Assembly: GCA_021209335.1 (NCBI GenBank)
Contig: JAJOIN010000005.1
Coordinates: 34-64,033 of the forward strand
DNA: 64,000 bases
Reading direction: 5' to 3'
DNA from: Aeromonadaceae bacterium
Lineage (GTDB): Bacteria > Pseudomonadota > Gammaproteobacteria > Enterobacterales > Aeromonadaceae
Shown in pieces: positions 39,362-51,150 of the stretch (its first letter is position 1; each line of letters starts with the position of its first letter). Under the pieces are notes generated by a model. The model had not been told where the DNA came from. It searched no databases and worked only from the letters and a program-made list of their open reading frames with translations. The translations under genes and the position numbers were made by a program.

Positions 39362-39478
39362 GATAGACAAAATAAGCCGGGTGGAAACCAACTGTGAATT
39401 CGTTTCTCACTGGCCTGCCGTTAAGGACGCCTTACCGGGTGTTCAGGTCGATAACTCATTAATTGCAGGGAAGAATCT

Positions 39479-40507
39479 ATGGTGAATAAGCAAAGTCTCG
39501 CAGCGTTGGCCGTGGCAGCTGGCCTCTTCATGACCACAGGGGTACAGGCCGCCTCCGGTGATACCCTGGCTCAGGTGCTCAAGCGCGGTCAGCTGCAGTG
39601 CGGTGTTAGTGACGGCCTGCCAGGCTTCTCGAATCCCAATGCCAAGGGCGTGTGGGAAGGGATGGACGTAGACATGTGCCGTGGCGTGGCAGCGGCCGTG
39701 TTTGGTGATGCCAGCAAGGTCAAGTATGTGCCGCTCAATGCCAAGGAGCGCTTCACCGCCTTGCAATCGGGCGAAGTGGACATGCTCTCCCGCAACACCA
39801 CCTGGACCATGAGCCGGGATGCCACCCTGGGCCTGACCTTCACCTCCACCAACTACTATGACGGTCAGGGTTTTCTGGTGAAGAAAGGGCTGGGTGTCAA
39901 GAGTGCCAAGGAGCTGGATGGGGCTGCCGTCTGTATCCAGGCCGGTACCACCACAGAGCTGAACCTGGCGGACTACTTCCGCGTGTTGGGGCTGAAGTTT
40001 ACTCCCGTGGTGTTTGATACCTCGGATCAGACTGTCAAGGGCTTTGAGTCAGGCCGCTGTGACGTGCTGACCTCCGACCAATCCCAGCTGTATGCCCTGC
40101 GCATCAAGCTGGCTCAGCCCGACGAGGCCCTGGTACTGCCGGAAGTGATCTCCAAGGAGCCGCTGGGCCCCGTGGTACGGCAGGGGGATGATCAGTGGGA
40201 AACCCTGGTGAAGTGGACCCTGTATGCCATGGTGAACGCCGAAGAGCTGGGGGTCACCAGCCAGAACGTGGACGAGATGAAGAAGTCCAACAATGCCGAC
40301 GTACGTCGTCTGCTGGGACTGGAAGAGCCGTCCGGCACGGTTCTGGGGGTGAAGGCCGATTGGGGCTATCAGATCGTCAAGCAGGTGGGTAACTATGGTG
40401 AGGTGTTTGATCGCAACGTCGGCGCCGGTTCACCGCTGAAGATCGCCCGTGGCATCAACGCCCTGTGGAACCAGGGTGGCTTCATGTACGCACCGCCCAT
40501 TCGCTAA
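39479..40507 (+). CDS. aapJ: General L-amino acid ABC transporter binding protein
   Basis: RGQLQCGV, RFTALQSGEVD, YYDGQGF, ISKEPLGP and VGNYGE motifs. Confidence 0.92.
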   Translation: MVNKQSLAALAVAAGLFMTTGVQAASGDTLAQVLKRGQLQCGVSDGLPGFSNPNAKGVWEGMDVDMCRGVAAAVFGDASKVKYVPLNAKERFTALQSGEVDMLSRNTTWTMSRDATLGLTFTSTNYYDGQGFLVKKGLGVKSAKELDGAAVCIQAGTTTELNLADYFRVLGLKFTPVVFDTSDQTVKGFESGRCDVLTSDQSQLYALRIKLAQPDEALVLPEVISKEPLGPVVRQGDDQWETLVKWTLYAMVNAEELGVTSQNVDEMKKSNNADVRRLLGLEEPSGTVLGVKADWGYQIVKQVGNYGEVFDRNVGAGSPLKIARGINALWNQGGFMYAPPIR

Positions 40508-40587
40508 GCGCGCCTTTGCTAAGCACGCATGAGGCCGGCTTTGGCCGGCCTCTGTTCAACCTGTCTTTGCAACTGCAGGAAACCAAG

Positions 40588-41787
40588 ATGGCATTAGAAC
40601 TGACGCCAGGCCTCATCAGCAGGTTGCCGCACCGTGAGCGCTGGTTTTACAACAGTCGGGTGCGCTCCATCCTGTTCCAGGTGTTGGCCATCGCCGCCGT
40701 GGTGGGCTTCATCTACTACTTTTTGAGCAACGCCTTTCACAACATGGAAACCCGGGGGATCTCCACCGGCTTCCAGTTTCTCGATAACAAGGCGGGATTT
40801 GGCATTATTCAGAGCCTGATCCCCTATGACGAAACTTATTCCTACGGCCGTACCTTTGTGGTGGGGCTGCTCAACACCTTGCTGGTCTCACTGCTGGGCA
40901 TAGTGCTGGCTACCGCCCTGGGCTTTGTCCTGGGGGTGGCGCGGCTTTCCCGCAACTGGCTGGTCAGCCGGCTGGCGGCCGTGTATGTGGAGCTGTTTCG
41001 TAACATTCCGCTGCTGCTGCAGATCTTTTTTTGGTATTTCGCGGTGCTGCGCACCCTGCCGGCTCCTCGCCAGAGCATCAGCCTGGGGGAGGCGCTGTTC
41101 CTTAACATTCGCGGCCTCTATATGCCGGCCCCCTTGCCCGAGGCCGGCTTTGGCTGGCTGAGTGTGAGCCTGCTGCTGGCCCTGGCGCTGGCGCTGGCGA
41201 TCTCTGGGTGGGCGCGTCGGCGGCAACGGCTCACCGGTCTGCCTTTTCCCTCCTTCTGGGTGGGGCTGGGGCTGCTGGTGGCGCTGCCGCTGTTGCACTT
41301 TTATGCCCTGGGGGCACCACTGGCCTGGGAACTGCCGGCCCTCAAGGGCTTCAACTTCCAAGGCGGTATTACCGTGATCCCCGAGCTGGCGGCCCTGCTG
41401 CTGGCCCTGACCATCTATACCGCCGCCTTCATCGCCGAAATAGTGCGCTCCGGCATACTGTCGGTGAGCAAGGGGCAGCATGAGGCCGCCGAGTCCCTAG
41501 GCCTTAGCCGGGCCCAGACCTTGCGGCTCGTCATAGTGCCCCAGGCGCTGCGGGTCATCATACCGCCACTGACCAGCCAGTTCTTGAACCTGACCAAGAA
41601 CTCCTCCCTGGCCACCGCCATCGGGTATCCGGATCTGGTCTCGGTGTTTATGGGCACCACCTTGAACCAGACCGGCCAGGCGGTGGAGATCATCGCCATG
41701 ACGATGGCGGTCTATCTGCTCATCAGTCTGGTCACTTCTTATCTGATGAATCTGTACAACGCCAAGATGGCATTGGTGGAGCGTTAA
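40588..41787 (+). CDS. aapQ: General L-amino acid ABC permease
   Basis: VGLLNTLLVS, FRNIPLLLQ, AFIAEIVRSG and KNSSLA motifs. Confidence 0.9.
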   Translation: MALELTPGLISRLPHRERWFYNSRVRSILFQVLAIAAVVGFIYYFLSNAFHNMETRGISTGFQFLDNKAGFGIIQSLIPYDETYSYGRTFVVGLLNTLLVSLLGIVLATALGFVLGVARLSRNWLVSRLAAVYVELFRNIPLLLQIFFWYFAVLRTLPAPRQSISLGEALFLNIRGLYMPAPLPEAGFGWLSVSLLLALALALAISGWARRRQRLTGLPFPSFWVGLGLLVALPLLHFYALGAPLAWELPALKGFNFQGGITVIPELAALLLALTIYTAAFIAEIVRSGILSVSKGQHEAAESLGLSRAQTLRLVIVPQALRVIIPPLTSQFLNLTKNSSLATAIGYPDLVSVFMGTTLNQTGQAVEIIAMTMAVYLLISLVTSYLMNLYNAKMALVER

Positions 41788-41788
41788 C

Positions 41789-42883
41789 ATGGCCGTATAT
41801 GAGACGATTGACGCCAAGCCGGCACCGGGTCGCCAGGCCGGCCTGGTGCGCTGGTTGCGTTGCAACCTCTTCTCCAGCTGGAGCAATGGCATCCTGACCC
41901 TGGTGGTGCTCTATCTGGTGCTGCCGCCCTTATGGCAGTTGATCCAGTGGAGCTTGCTGCAGGCGGACTGGGTGGGCAGCAGCCGCGAGGCCTGTACCTC
42001 TGGCGGCGCCTGCTGGGTGTTTATCAATAGCCGCTTTTCCCAGTTCATCTACGGTTTTTATCCCGAGGCTGAGCGCTGGCGGGTGGACATCGTCTTTGCT
42101 GCCAGCGCCTTGCTGGTGGCGGCGCTGCTCTATCCCAAGACGCCGGCCAAGGGCTGGATAGCGTTGCTGTTCTTCGGGCCCTTCCCCCTGCTGGTGCTCT
42201 GGCTGTTGCATGGCGGTTTGGGCCTGACGGTGGTGGATACCCACTATTGGGGTGGCTTGATGCTGACCCTGTTGCTGGCGACCGTCGGCATAGTGGCGGC
42301 CTTGCCCATCGGCATCTTGCTGGCGCTGGGCCGCCGCTCCAAGATGCCGGTGATCCACAGTCTGTGCCTGGTATTTATCGAGTTCTGGCGCGCTGTGCCC
42401 CTCATCACAGTGCTGTTTATGGCCTCTGTGATGCTGCCGCTGTTCCTGTCCGCTGAGGTGGAGCTGGACAAGCTGTTGCGGGCGCTGATCGGCATAGTCT
42501 TGTTCCAGTCGGCCTATATCGCTGAGGTGATCCGCGGCGGCTTGCAGGCTATTCCCAAGGGGCAATACGAGGCCGGTGAGGCCCTGGCGCTGAGCTACTG
42601 GAAGTCCATGGGACTCGTCATCCTGCCCCAGGCACTCAAGATCACCATCCCCTCGCTGGTCAATACCTTCATTGCCCTGTTCAAGGACACCAGCCTGGTG
42701 ACCATCATAGGGCTGTTTGATCTGCTGGCCGTCGGCAAGGCGGGACTGGCTGATCCCAACTGGCTGGGCTATTCGGTGGAGGCGTATGTCTTCATCGCCT
42801 TCATCTTCTGGATTTTCTGTTTCGGTATGTCCCGCTACTCCCTGTTCCTCGAACAGAAGCTGCATACCGGTCACAAGCATTAA
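41789..42883 (+). CDS. aapM: General L-amino acid ABC permease
   Basis: NLFSSW, GACW, WGGLMLT, AEVIRGG and FKDTSLV motifs. Confidence 0.9.
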   Translation: MAVYETIDAKPAPGRQAGLVRWLRCNLFSSWSNGILTLVVLYLVLPPLWQLIQWSLLQADWVGSSREACTSGGACWVFINSRFSQFIYGFYPEAERWRVDIVFAASALLVAALLYPKTPAKGWIALLFFGPFPLLVLWLLHGGLGLTVVDTHYWGGLMLTLLLATVGIVAALPIGILLALGRRSKMPVIHSLCLVFIEFWRAVPLITVLFMASVMLPLFLSAEVELDKLLRALIGIVLFQSAYIAEVIRGGLQAIPKGQYEAGEALALSYWKSMGLVILPQALKITIPSLVNTFIALFKDTSLVTIIGLFDLLAVGKAGLADPNWLGYSVEAYVFIAFIFWIFCFGMSRYSLFLEQKLHTGHKH

Positions 42884-42893
42884 GGATTACGCC

Positions 42894-43646
42894 ATGAACA
42901 CGCAAAAAAACGACATCGTGGTCGAACTCAAAGACGTCAACAAATGGTACGGCGAGTTCCATGTGCTCAAGGAGGTGAACCTGCAGGTACGCCGTGGTGA
43001 GAAGATCGTCATCTGCGGGCCGTCCGGCTCCGGCAAGTCCACCATGATCCGCTGCATCAACCGGCTGGAGGAACATCAGGCCGGCGATATTAGCGTCATG
43101 GGCACCAAGCTCACCGGTGATCTGCGCAACATAGAGCATGTGCGCCGGGATGTGGGGATGGTGTTTCAGCACTTCAACCTGTTCCCGCACCTGACGGTGC
43201 TGGAGAACTGCTGCCTGGCGCCCATCTGGGTGAAGAAGACGCCGCGCAAGGAGGCCGAGGCGCTGGCCATGAAGTACCTGGAGCGGGTGCGGATCCCGGA
43301 TCAGGCCCACAAGTACCCAGGCCAGCTGTCAGGCGGGCAGCAGCAGCGGGTGGCCATTGCGCGCAGCCTGTGCATGAGCCCCCAGGTGATGCTGTTTGAC
43401 GAGCCGACCTCGGCCCTGGATCCTGAAATGGTGCGTGAGGTGCTGGATGTGATGGTGGAGCTGGCGGGCGAGGGGATCACCATGCTGTGTGTCACCCACG
43501 AGATGGGCTTTGCCAAGCAGGTGGCCGATCGCGTGATCTTCATGGACCGCGGTCAGATAGTGGAGGAAAACACCCCGGAGGCGTTCTTCAACCATCCGCA
43601 ATCTGAGCGCAGCAAGCTGTTCCTGAGTCAAATCCTGCACCATTAA
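42894..43646 (+). CDS. aapP: General L-amino acid ABC ATPase
   Basis: [17 protein letters not shown] and [11 protein letters not shown] motifs. Confidence 0.92.
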   Translation: MNTQKNDIVVELKDVNKWYGEFHVLKEVNLQVRRGEKIVICGPSGSGKSTMIRCINRLEEHQAGDISVMGTKLTGDLRNIEHVRRDVGMVFQHFNLFPHLTVLENCCLAPIWVKKTPRKEAEALAMKYLERVRIPDQAHKYPGQLSGGQQQRVAIARSLCMSPQVMLFDEPTSALDPEMVREVLDVMVELAGEGITMLCVTHEMGFAKQVADRVIFMDRGQIVEENTPEAFFNHPQSERSKLFLSQILHH

Positions 43647-43670
43647 GTCGATCTGACTGGGCGTCAACAC

Positions 43671-43700
43671 CAACAAGGCGAGGGAAACCTCGCCTTGTTG
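43671..43700. terminator. Probable bidirectional terminator
   Basis: CAACAAGGCGAGG-GAAA-CCTCGCCTTGTTG between convergent genes. Confidence 0.75.
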
Positions 43701-43749
43701 CTATCTGCTTGCCTGCTGCGCCTGGCCAGGTTTAAACGCAGGACGCAGC

Positions 43750-44358
43750 TTAAGCCTCCTTGTCGTTCTGCTCCAACAGGTGCCCCAGCTTGCCGGCCTT
43801 GGTATTGAGATAGAAGTTATTATGAGGGTTGCGCCCTTCTTGCAGGGGCACCCGGGCATGAACTTGAATGTCGAGCTTTTGCAGCGACTTGATCTTGCGA
43901 GGATTATTGGTCATCAGATCCACCTGCTTGACTCCCAGCGCCTTCAACATGTCGGCGCAGATGGTGTAGTCCCGCAGGTCGGCGGCAAAGCCTAGGGCCA
44001 CATTGGCCTCCACGGTATCGACGCCCTGATCCTGCAGGTGATAGGCGCGGATCTTGTTGAGCAGCCCAATCCCGCGGCCCTCCTGGCGGACATACAGCAG
44101 CACGCCACGCCCCTGTTTGGCGATGCGCTCGAGGGCCGCCTGCAACTGAAAGCCGCAATCGCAACGCAGGCTAAACAGGGCGTCACCCGTTAGGCACTCA
44201 GAATGGATGCGGGCCAGCACCGGCTCATCTGTGGACACATCGCCCATCACCAGGGCGGCGTGATCCTTACCGGTGGCCGTTTCCTCAAAGCCCACCAGGC
44301 TAAAGATGCCCCAGGGGGTAGGAAGTTTGGATTGGGCGACGAGGGTAACACTGCTCAT
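43750..44358 (-). CDS. ribA: GTP cyclohydrolase II
   Basis: [27 protein letters not shown] and MTNNP motifs. Confidence 0.97.
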   Translation of the reverse strand: MSSVTLVAQSKLPTPWGIFSLVGFEETATGKDHAALVMGDVSTDEPVLARIHSECLTGDALFSLRCDCGFQLQAALERIAKQGRGVLLYVRQEGRGIGLLNKIRAYHLQDQGVDTVEANVALGFAADLRDYTICADMLKALGVKQVDLMTNNPRKIKSLQKLDIQVHARVPLQEGRNPHNNFYLNTKAGKLGHLLEQNDKEA

Positions 44359-44578
44359 GGAATACCTCTGCAGACATCAACGGCAAACGGCGCCAGCCAG
44401 CGCCGTGGGTAATGGGCGATTTTCACCGTATTTATCCGCCCCTTGCAATAGTTGATTCCAATTGCTTGTCTTTAACCCATTCATCGTGCCCCCCCGCGCC
44501 CCTTAGGGTATACTGCCGCGCGATTTTCTCCGGTCAGGAGACATCACCTGTTGGTTAATACATTGAAAGGGGAACCCC

Positions 44579-45265
44579 ATGGCGGATTTGGCTCCAGTCA
44601 TCACCATTGATGGGCCCAGCGGGGCAGGTAAAGGCACTGTGTGTCAGAAGGTGGCGCAGCAGTTAGGCTGGCATCTGCTGGACTCTGGCGCCATTTACCG
44701 TGTGCTGGCCCTGGCCGCCCTGCATCACGAGGTGGATCTGGACAATGAAGGGTCTCTTATGGCGCTGGCTTCACACCTGGACGTGCAATTTACGCCCGGG
44801 CCAGAGGGGGTGCGCGTGCTATTGGAAGGGGAACTGGTCGCCGAGCAACTTAGAACCGAGCAGACCGGCAATGCTGCCAGCAAGGTGGCGGCCTATCCCA
44901 GTGTGCGGGAGGCCCTGCTGCGGCGCCAACGCGCCTTTCGTGTCATGCCCGGGCTCATCGCCGATGGCCGCGACATGGGCACTGTGGTATTTCCAGATGC
45001 ACAGGTCAAAATCTTCCTGGATGCCAGCGCCGAGGAGCGAGCCAACCGGCGCTGCAAACAGTTGCAGGCCAAGGGCTTTGATGTTAACTTTGAGCACCTT
45101 TTAGCCGAGATAAAACAACGGGACGACCGGGATCGGAATCGCCCCGTGGCGCCGCTCAAACCCGCCGACGATGCCCTGGTGGTGGACTCCACCCAGATGG
45201 GTATTGATGAGGTGGTTGAGCGGGTTTTGTCTTACGCTGAAACGAAACTTCGCGCCGGGCGCTAG
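44579..45265 (+). CDS. cmk: Cytidylate kinase
   Basis: [20 protein letters not shown] and [11 protein letters not shown] motifs. Confidence 0.97.
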   Translation: MADLAPVITIDGPSGAGKGTVCQKVAQQLGWHLLDSGAIYRVLALAALHHEVDLDNEGSLMALASHLDVQFTPGPEGVRVLLEGELVAEQLRTEQTGNAASKVAAYPSVREALLRRQRAFRVMPGLIADGRDMGTVVFPDAQVKIFLDASAEERANRRCKQLQAKGFDVNFEHLLAEIKQRDDRDRNRPVAPLKPADDALVVDSTQMGIDEVVERVLSYAETKLRAGR

Positions 45266-45279
45266 TCCGGTTCGGTGTC

Positions 45280-45364
45280 TTTCTCAAGGATGAAAAAGAC
45301 TGACTGAAACAACCCCGCATCGGCCGGATTGCCATGTGGATGTTAACTTTAAACCTAACCTAAC
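45280..45364 (+). promoter_or_regulatory. rpsA leader (S1 autoregulatory element)
   Basis: No Shine-Dalgarno before the ATG; hairpins with GGA in their loops (TCA-AGGA-TGA; GGC-CGGATT-GCC) and an A/U-rich spacer, as known for gammaproteobacterial rpsA leaders. Confidence 0.55.
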
Positions 45365-47038
45365 ATGACTGAATCTTTTGCTCAGCTCTTTGAAGAGTCT
45401 CTGAAACAACTCGAAACCCGTCCGGGCGCCATCGTTAAGGGCCTGGTAGTCGCCATCGAGAACGGTATCGTTCTGGTTGACGCCGGTCTGAAATCTGAAT
45501 CTGCCATCCCGGCCGAACAGTTCAAGAACAGCCAAGGCGAGCTGGAAATCAATGTAGGCGACTATGTTGATGTGGCTCTGGACTCCGTTGAAGATGGTTT
45601 CGGCGAGACTCAACTGTCCCGTGAAAAGGCCAAGCGCCACGAAGCCTGGCTGCAACTGGAGAAGGCCTACGAAGAACAGGCTACCGTTGTTGGTCTCATC
45701 AACGGCAAGGTCAAGGGTGGTTTCACCGTCGAAGTGAACAACATCCGTGCCTTCCTGCCTGGCTCTCTGGTTGACGTGCGTCCGGTGCGTGACACTGCCC
45801 ACCTGGAAGGCAAAGAGCTGGAGTTCAAGGTCATCAAGCTGGACCAGAAGCGCAACAACGTTGTGGTTTCTCGTCGTGCCGTGATCGAAACTGAAAATAC
45901 CAGCGAGCGTGACAGCCTGCTGGCCAACCTGCAAGAAGGCATGGAAGTCAAGGGTATCGTCAAGAACCTGACCGACTACGGCGCCTTCGTGGACCTGGGC
46001 GGCGTTGATGGCCTGCTGCACATCACCGACATGGCTTGGAAGCGCGTTAAGCATCCTTCCGAGATCGTTAACGTGGGTGACGAAATTGCCGTTAAGGTGC
46101 TGAAGTTCGACCGCGAGCGGACCCGTGTGTCCCTGGGCCTGAAGCAGCTGGGCGAAGATCCGTGGGTGGCTATCGCCAAGCGTTATCCGGAAGGTGCCCG
46201 CCTGTCTGGCCGCGTGACCAATCTGACCGATTACGGCTGCTTCGTTGAAATCGAAGAGGGCGTAGAAGGCCTGGTGCACGTGTCCGAAATGGATTGGACC
46301 AACAAGAACATCCATCCGTCCAAGGTTGTTAACGTAGGCGACCTGGTTGATGTGATGGTTCTGGACATCGACGAAGAGCGTCGTCGTATCTCCCTGGGTC
46401 TGAAGCAGTGCAAGGCTAACCCCTGGCAGCAGTTTGCTGAAAGCCATGCCAAGGGCGATCGCGTTGCCGGTAAGATCAAGTCCATCACCGACTTCGGTAT
46501 CTTCATCGGTCTGGATGGCGGTATCGATGGTCTGGTTCACCTGTCAGACATCTCTTGGAACGCTAACGGCGAAGACGCCGTGCGCGAATTCAAGAAGGGC
46601 GACGAAATCGAAGCCGTTGTTCTGCAAGTGGATCCGGAGCGTGAGCGCATCTCCCTGGGCGTGAAGCAGATCGAGGAAGATCCCTTCAATAAGTACCTGT
46701 CTGACAACAAGAAAGGTGCTATCGTTACCGGTAAGGTAACCGCCGTTGATGCCAAGGGCGCCACCATAGAGCTGGAAGAAGGCGTAGAAGGCTACATTCG
46801 TGCCTCCGATGTGTCCCGCGACCGCGTGGAAGACGCCTCTCTGGTTCTGTCCGTGGGCGATGACGTTGAAGCCAAGTTCATGGGCGTAGATCGCAAGAAC
46901 CGCACCGTTAGCCTGTCTGTCCGTGCCAAGGACGAAGCTGACGAGAAGGCTGCCATCGATACCCTGAACCAACAGCAAGACGATGTTGGTTTCACCAACG
47001 CCATGGCCGAAGCGTTCAAGGCTGCCAAGGGCGAGTAA
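45365..47038 (+). CDS. rpsA: 30S ribosomal protein S1
   Basis: [13 protein letters not shown] start; repeated S1 domains; 557 aa. Confidence 0.99.
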   Translation: MTESFAQLFEESLKQLETRPGAIVKGLVVAIENGIVLVDAGLKSESAIPAEQFKNSQGELEINVGDYVDVALDSVEDGFGETQLSREKAKRHEAWLQLEKAYEEQATVVGLINGKVKGGFTVEVNNIRAFLPGSLVDVRPVRDTAHLEGKELEFKVIKLDQKRNNVVVSRRAVIETENTSERDSLLANLQEGMEVKGIVKNLTDYGAFVDLGGVDGLLHITDMAWKRVKHPSEIVNVGDEIAVKVLKFDRERTRVSLGLKQLGEDPWVAIAKRYPEGARLSGRVTNLTDYGCFVEIEEGVEGLVHVSEMDWTNKNIHPSKVVNVGDLVDVMVLDIDEERRRISLGLKQCKANPWQQFAESHAKGDRVAGKIKSITDFGIFIGLDGGIDGLVHLSDISWNANGEDAVREFKKGDEIEAVVLQVDPERERISLGVKQIEEDPFNKYLSDNKKGAIVTGKVTAVDAKGATIELEEGVEGYIRASDVSRDRVEDASLVLSVGDDVEAKFMGVDRKNRTVSLSVRAKDEADEKAAIDTLNQQQDDVGFTNAMAEAFKAAKGE

Positions 47039-47053
47039 TCTCCCCTTAGGCAC

Positions 47054-47084
47054 AAAAAAGGGCGGTCTTGACCGCCCTTTTTTT
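47054..47084 (+). terminator. rpsA terminator
   Basis: A6-GGGCGGTC-TT-GACCGCCC-T7. Confidence 0.85.
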
Positions 47085-47122
47085 AATCATTATTTGCCCC
47101 CGACACATACAGGAGTCCTGCT

Positions 47123-47407
47123 ATGACCAAATCCGATTTGATTGAGCGCCTTGCCAGCAAGCAAATGCACTTATCTGCTAAAGAGGTTGAGGCGGCGATT
47201 CGGGAGATCCTGGAGCAAATGGCGTCTACGCTGCAGGATGGCGAGCGGATTGAAATTCGCGGTTTTGGTAGTTTTTCACTCCATTATCGTGCGCCCCGTG
47301 TTGGCCGTAATCCTAAAACAGGGGAGAAGGTGGAGCTGCAAGGTAAGTCTGTGCCGCACTTCAAGCCGGGCAAGGAGCTGAGAGAGCGAGTGAACCTGGC
47401 CGGATAA
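47123..47407 (+). CDS. ihfB: Integration host factor beta
   Basis: [27 protein letters not shown] and FKPGKELR motifs. Confidence 0.97.
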   Translation: MTKSDLIERLASKQMHLSAKEVEAAIREILEQMASTLQDGERIEIRGFGSFSLHYRAPRVGRNPKTGEKVELQGKSVPHFKPGKELRERVNLAG

Positions 47408-47455
47408 ACGGCGGATAAAACCGCATTTTTAGTGTGTTTATCTGAGGGCATCTTC

Positions 47456-47743
47456 ATGCGTAATCTGGCTATTTTTTTCGTGGTGCTGGCGGTGTGTGCC
47501 ATTGCCTTGACCCTGGGCGCGGAAAATAATCAACTCATAGGTGTCAATTTCCTGGTTGCCCGCGGTGAGTTTTATCTCTCCACCCTGTTAGCCCTGGTCT
47601 TTCTGGGAGGCTTTGCCTTGGCCAGTCTGGTATGGTCCTGGGGATATTTTCGCCAGCAGTTTCGGCAGCAGAAGCTGCACAAACAGCTACAGCGCCAGGC
47701 TAAAGAACTCCATAGTCTCAGAGGCCAGCTAGGCAAGGAATAA
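47456..47743 (+). CDS. lapA: Lipopolysaccharide assembly protein A
   Basis: Two TM segments, NFLVARGEFYLSTLL; lies between ihfB and lapB. Confidence 0.85.
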   Translation: MRNLAIFFVVLAVCAIALTLGAENNQLIGVNFLVARGEFYLSTLLALVFLGGFALASLVWSWGYFRQQFRQQKLHKQLQRQAKELHSLRGQLGKE

Positions 47744-47750
47744 TCTTCAA

Positions 47751-48917
47751 ATGCTGGAACTGTTGTTCCTGTTGTTGCCGATAGCCGTGGCCTATGGCTG
47801 GTATATGGGCCAACGCAGCGCCAGGCTAGATAAAGAAAATTTAGGCCACAAACTCTCTCGGAACTATGTTGCCGGGATTAACTTTTTGCTCTCCGAGCAG
47901 CCGGATAAGGCCGTCGATCTCTTTATCGAAATGCTGCAGGTGGACGAAGAAACACTCGAAACCCATCTGGCGCTTGGCAATCTGTTTCGTCAGCGTGGCG
48001 AAGTGGAGCGTGCCATCCGTATCCACCAAAACCTGGTGGCCCGACCTCATCTGACTTATGAACAACGCAATCTGTCGATGCTTGAGTTGGCACGGGATTT
48101 TATCGCTGCAGGCTTGCTGGATAGGGCAGAGAGCATACTGCCGGAGCTCGTAAAAGATTCGGATCATGAAGAGGCGGCGGCCAATTTGCTCATCGACATC
48201 TATCAGCAGATGCGTGAGTGGGACAAGGCCATCGCCGTCGCCGAGCGCAGCAAGCGCAAGCTGGGTGACAAGGTGATCCCCTCCATCGCCCATTTTTATT
48301 GCGAACAGGCTGAGTTGCTGCTCAAGGCCCAGGATTCCAAAAAGGCCATTTATAAACTCAAGCGCGCCTTGCAAACCGATGAGCGTTGCATCCGTGCGCG
48401 ACTCATGCTGGCCCGTGCCTATTGGCAACAGCAGCGCGCTGAACTCGCCATTGAGACGCTGCAACCCCTGCCGGCTCTGGATCCGGATTTTGCCCCCGAG
48501 GCCTTGCCCCTGTTGCTGGCGTGTCTGGCCGAGCAGGAAGAAACAGAACTGGGCGTGGTATTGCAGCAGTGGTTGCAACAGACCCATGCCGCCAGTGTGC
48601 TGCTAGCCCTGGCGGATGAGCAGGAAAAGCTACTGGGACGGGCTGCGGCAGAGCAGCTGGTACTGGACGAACTCAAGCGCCATCCCACCATGAAGGGCTT
48701 TCACCGCTTGATCCGTTATCAGTTAGCCGAGGCGCGCAGTCAGGAGGCACGAGAAAGTCTCGGCTTGCTGGCATCGCTGGTACAAGAGCAGATCAACGTC
48801 AAGCCGGTGCACCGATGTCGCCGCTGCGGCTTCTCGTCCCGTGTGATTTTTTGGCAATGCCCCTCCTGTAAGGGGTGGGGCACCATCAAGCCCATCCGTG
48901 GTTTGGATGGGGAATAA
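47751..48917 (+). CDS. lapB: Lipopolysaccharide assembly protein B
   Basis: MLELLFLLLPIA, TPR repeats and C-terminal CxxC...CPSC. Confidence 0.96.
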   Translation: MLELLFLLLPIAVAYGWYMGQRSARLDKENLGHKLSRNYVAGINFLLSEQPDKAVDLFIEMLQVDEETLETHLALGNLFRQRGEVERAIRIHQNLVARPHLTYEQRNLSMLELARDFIAAGLLDRAESILPELVKDSDHEEAAANLLIDIYQQMREWDKAIAVAERSKRKLGDKVIPSIAHFYCEQAELLLKAQDSKKAIYKLKRALQTDERCIRARLMLARAYWQQQRAELAIETLQPLPALDPDFAPEALPLLLACLAEQEETELGVVLQQWLQQTHAASVLLALADEQEKLLGRAAAEQLVLDELKRHPTMKGFHRLIRYQLAEARSQEARESLGLLASLVQEQINVKPVHRCRRCGFSSRVIFWQCPSCKGWGTIKPIRGLDGE

Positions 48918-48932
48918 AAAGCAGGAGTAGTT

Positions 48933-49628
48933 ATGACAGATCCCAAGGTGATTGTGGCGCTGGATTATGCGGACGAGGCCGCAGCCCTGGCATTTGTGGC
49001 AAAGGTGGATCCCAGCTTGTGTCGGTTGAAGGTGGGCAAGGAGATGTTCACCCTATTTGGCCCACACTTTGTGCGCCAGCTGGTGGCTAAAGGGTTTGAT
49101 GTCTTTTTGGATCTCAAGTTTCATGATATTCCCAATACGGTGGCCAAGGCGGTAGCGGCCAGCGCCGAGTTGGGCGTGTGGATGGTGAATGTGCATGCCA
49201 GTGGCGGTCAGCGCATGATGGCTGCCGCCAAGGCGGCCTTGGCGCCCTATGGTGACAAGGCCCCCAAACTCATCGCCGTGACCGTGCTGACCAGCATGGA
49301 GCAGGCGGACTTGGCCCAGATTGGCTTGGACATACCGCCATTAGAGCAGGTGTTGCGCTTGGCGAGCCTGACGCAAGCGGCGGGGCTGGATGGGGTCGTC
49401 TGCTCGGCGCAGGAAGCACAATTCCTCAAGGAGCGGCTGGGCCAAGAGTTCTTGTTGGTCACCCCGGGCATTCGGCCGGCCGGCAGTGAGACCGGAGATC
49501 AGCGCCGCGTGTTGACCCCGGCTGAGGCGGTGAGCGCCGGTGCAGACTATTTGGTGATAGGGCGGCCCATCACCCAGGCGGCAGAGCCGCTGGCCACCTT
49601 GCAAGCCGTTAACGCCAGCCTGATCTGA
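48933..49628 (+). CDS. pyrF: Orotidine-5'-phosphate decarboxylase
   Basis: [18 protein letters not shown] and VIGRPIT motifs. Confidence 0.98.
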   Translation: MTDPKVIVALDYADEAAALAFVAKVDPSLCRLKVGKEMFTLFGPHFVRQLVAKGFDVFLDLKFHDIPNTVAKAVAASAELGVWMVNVHASGGQRMMAAAKAALAPYGDKAPKLIAVTVLTSMEQADLAQIGLDIPPLEQVLRLASLTQAAGLDGVVCSAQEAQFLKERLGQEFLLVTPGIRPAGSETGDQRRVLTPAEAVSAGADYLVIGRPITQAAEPLATLQAVNASLI

Positions 49629-50211
49629 GCCACATTCCGGCACCCAGCATGAGACCTAAGAAGGCGCCGAGCCTGTGGGCGCCATCATATACGGGCACGG
49701 CGATGAGTTCGGCCGTCACGCCGTCCTGATGCCAGTGATCCCAGCCCAGCTTGAGTAATAGGCCCAGCAGCCAGTAGCACTGCTGCCGGTCGCCGGCCCG
49801 CAGGCTGCACAGCGCGGCATAACAGAAGAGGCCGTGCAGGGCACCTGAGAGCCCAACGTAGCGGTGCAGGCTGGGATCCAGCCACAAGATCGCCAGATTG
49901 ATGAGTGGCACCAGGAGCAGCAGGCAGGCAAGCTGACGCCGCAGACCACAGTCGGCACGGTAAATCCAGCTGATCAGCAGCCAGCCCAGCAGATTCATCA
50001 GCAGATGCGCTGTGTTACTGTGTACCAGCCCTCCGGTCATGAGCCGCCACCAAGCGCCCTGAAGAATAGCCTGCCGCTGATAGGCCAAGTCAAACCATTG
50101 GCTGTGGATGAGCTGCAACAGGATAAGTAGCAGGGGTAGGCCAAGCATCCAGAGGGTCTCGGTGATCCTTGGGCGTGTGGCTGGGAGGAGGGTCCGAAAG
50201 GCGAAGGTCAT
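49609..50211 (-). CDS. rrtA: Rhombosortase (rhomboid family protease)
   Basis: [27 protein letters not shown] and a late AH. True start may be ATG 50148. Confidence 0.8.
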   Translation of the reverse strand: MTFAFRTLLPATRPRITETLWMLGLPLLLILLQLIHSQWFDLAYQRQAILQGAWWRLMTGGLVHSNTAHLLMNLLGWLLISWIYRADCGLRRQLACLLLLVPLINLAILWLDPSLHRYVGLSGALHGLFCYAALCSLRAGDRQQCYWLLGLLLKLGWDHWHQDGVTAELIAVPVYDGAHRLGAFLGLMLGAGMWLRSGWR

Positions 50212-50222
50212 AAGGCGTGTTT

Positions 50223-50251
50223 AAAAATAAGGCCGCAACAGCGGCCTTATT
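50223..50251 (-). terminator. hns terminator
   Basis: AATAAGGCCGC-AACA-GCGGCCTTATT with a T tract on the minus strand. Confidence 0.75.
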
Positions 50252-50263
50252 GAGAGAAGGTGA

Positions 50264-50674
50264 TTAGTTTTGCTCGATGAGAAAATCTTCGAGCTTGCCA
50301 CCGGCTTCAATGTGAGTACGAATGGCCACTGGTTGACGACCTTGACCAGTCCAGGTCTTCTCTTGGCCTGCTTCATCGGTATAGCGATATTTAGCCGGGC
50401 GGGGAGCGCGCTTGCCGGCTGGCTTTTCGATTTCACCCATCAGCTCTTTGAGCTCGATGGGATCAATGCCATCGGCGCGCAGCATATCCATATATTGATT
50501 GATCTTGCGCTTACGCTCTTCTTGCGCCTCACGCTGGCTGGCTTCTTCATTGCGGCGTTCTTCCACCACCAGGCTCAGTTTTTCAAGCCCCTCTTCCAGT
50601 TGCTCAAGAGAAACTTCGCGTGCCGCAGCGCGCAAGCTGCGAATGTTCATTAAGACTTTCAAAAATTCGGACAT
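50264..50674 (-). CDS. hns: H-NS family nucleoid protein
   Basis: [17 protein letters not shown] and TWTGQGRQP motifs; AT-rich upstream region. Confidence 0.95.
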   Translation of the reverse strand: MSEFLKVLMNIRSLRAAAREVSLEQLEEGLEKLSLVVEERRNEEASQREAQEERKRKINQYMDMLRADGIDPIELKELMGEIEKPAGKRAPRPAKYRYTDEAGQEKTWTGQGRQPVAIRTHIEAGGKLEDFLIEQN

Positions 50675-50895
50675 GTTCAACACTCTCATTGATGTGTTTT
50701 TACGGGGGTATGATTTAAGCGAAATTTATAAACAATATATTAATTAGTCAAGGATCCATCTTTAATAAAATCCGTAAAAGCGGATTGGAAAAAAATAAAT
50801 GGGATAAATTCTGGAACGTGTTTCAGCTGAGACTTTATTTTGCCAGCACGATTGTCTTGACATCCAGGGTGTGCTGGATAAAATCACTGCGATTT

Positions 50896-51070
50896 ACCTT
50901 TAGTAGAGGCGCGTTGCCTATCAGTACCGGTTCAGAGGGTGATTCCTGTGAGGTTCCGGAAAAGGAGTCAACGCCGAAGTGGGTGTATGCATCATCATCG
51001 CCTGCTGGGGCCGTTTCGAACAGGAACGGCACTGTCATAGTTCAATACTATGGAGCGCTACCGAAGGGGT
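50896..51070 (+). ncRNA. Lysine riboswitch
   Basis: Hallmark order AGAGGCGC (50905), AGTA, GAAAAGG, CGCCGAA, CTGGG, GAACAG, CTGTC, GGAGCGCTAC. P1 pairs CCTTTAGTAG with CTACCGAAGG. Lies upstream of an NhaC-family gene. Confidence 0.92.
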
Positions 51071-51150
51071 TCTGTATTTCACCTGCCCGGCAGGTCGCTT
51101 TTGCATCCCTCTTCAGTAGATCTCCGCCTGAATATAGGTGAGATGAGATC

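Noticed and set aside
50785-51141. ORFs 50785..51141 and 50835..51038
   Set aside because: They overlie the lysine riboswitch and promoter region and show no protein motifs.
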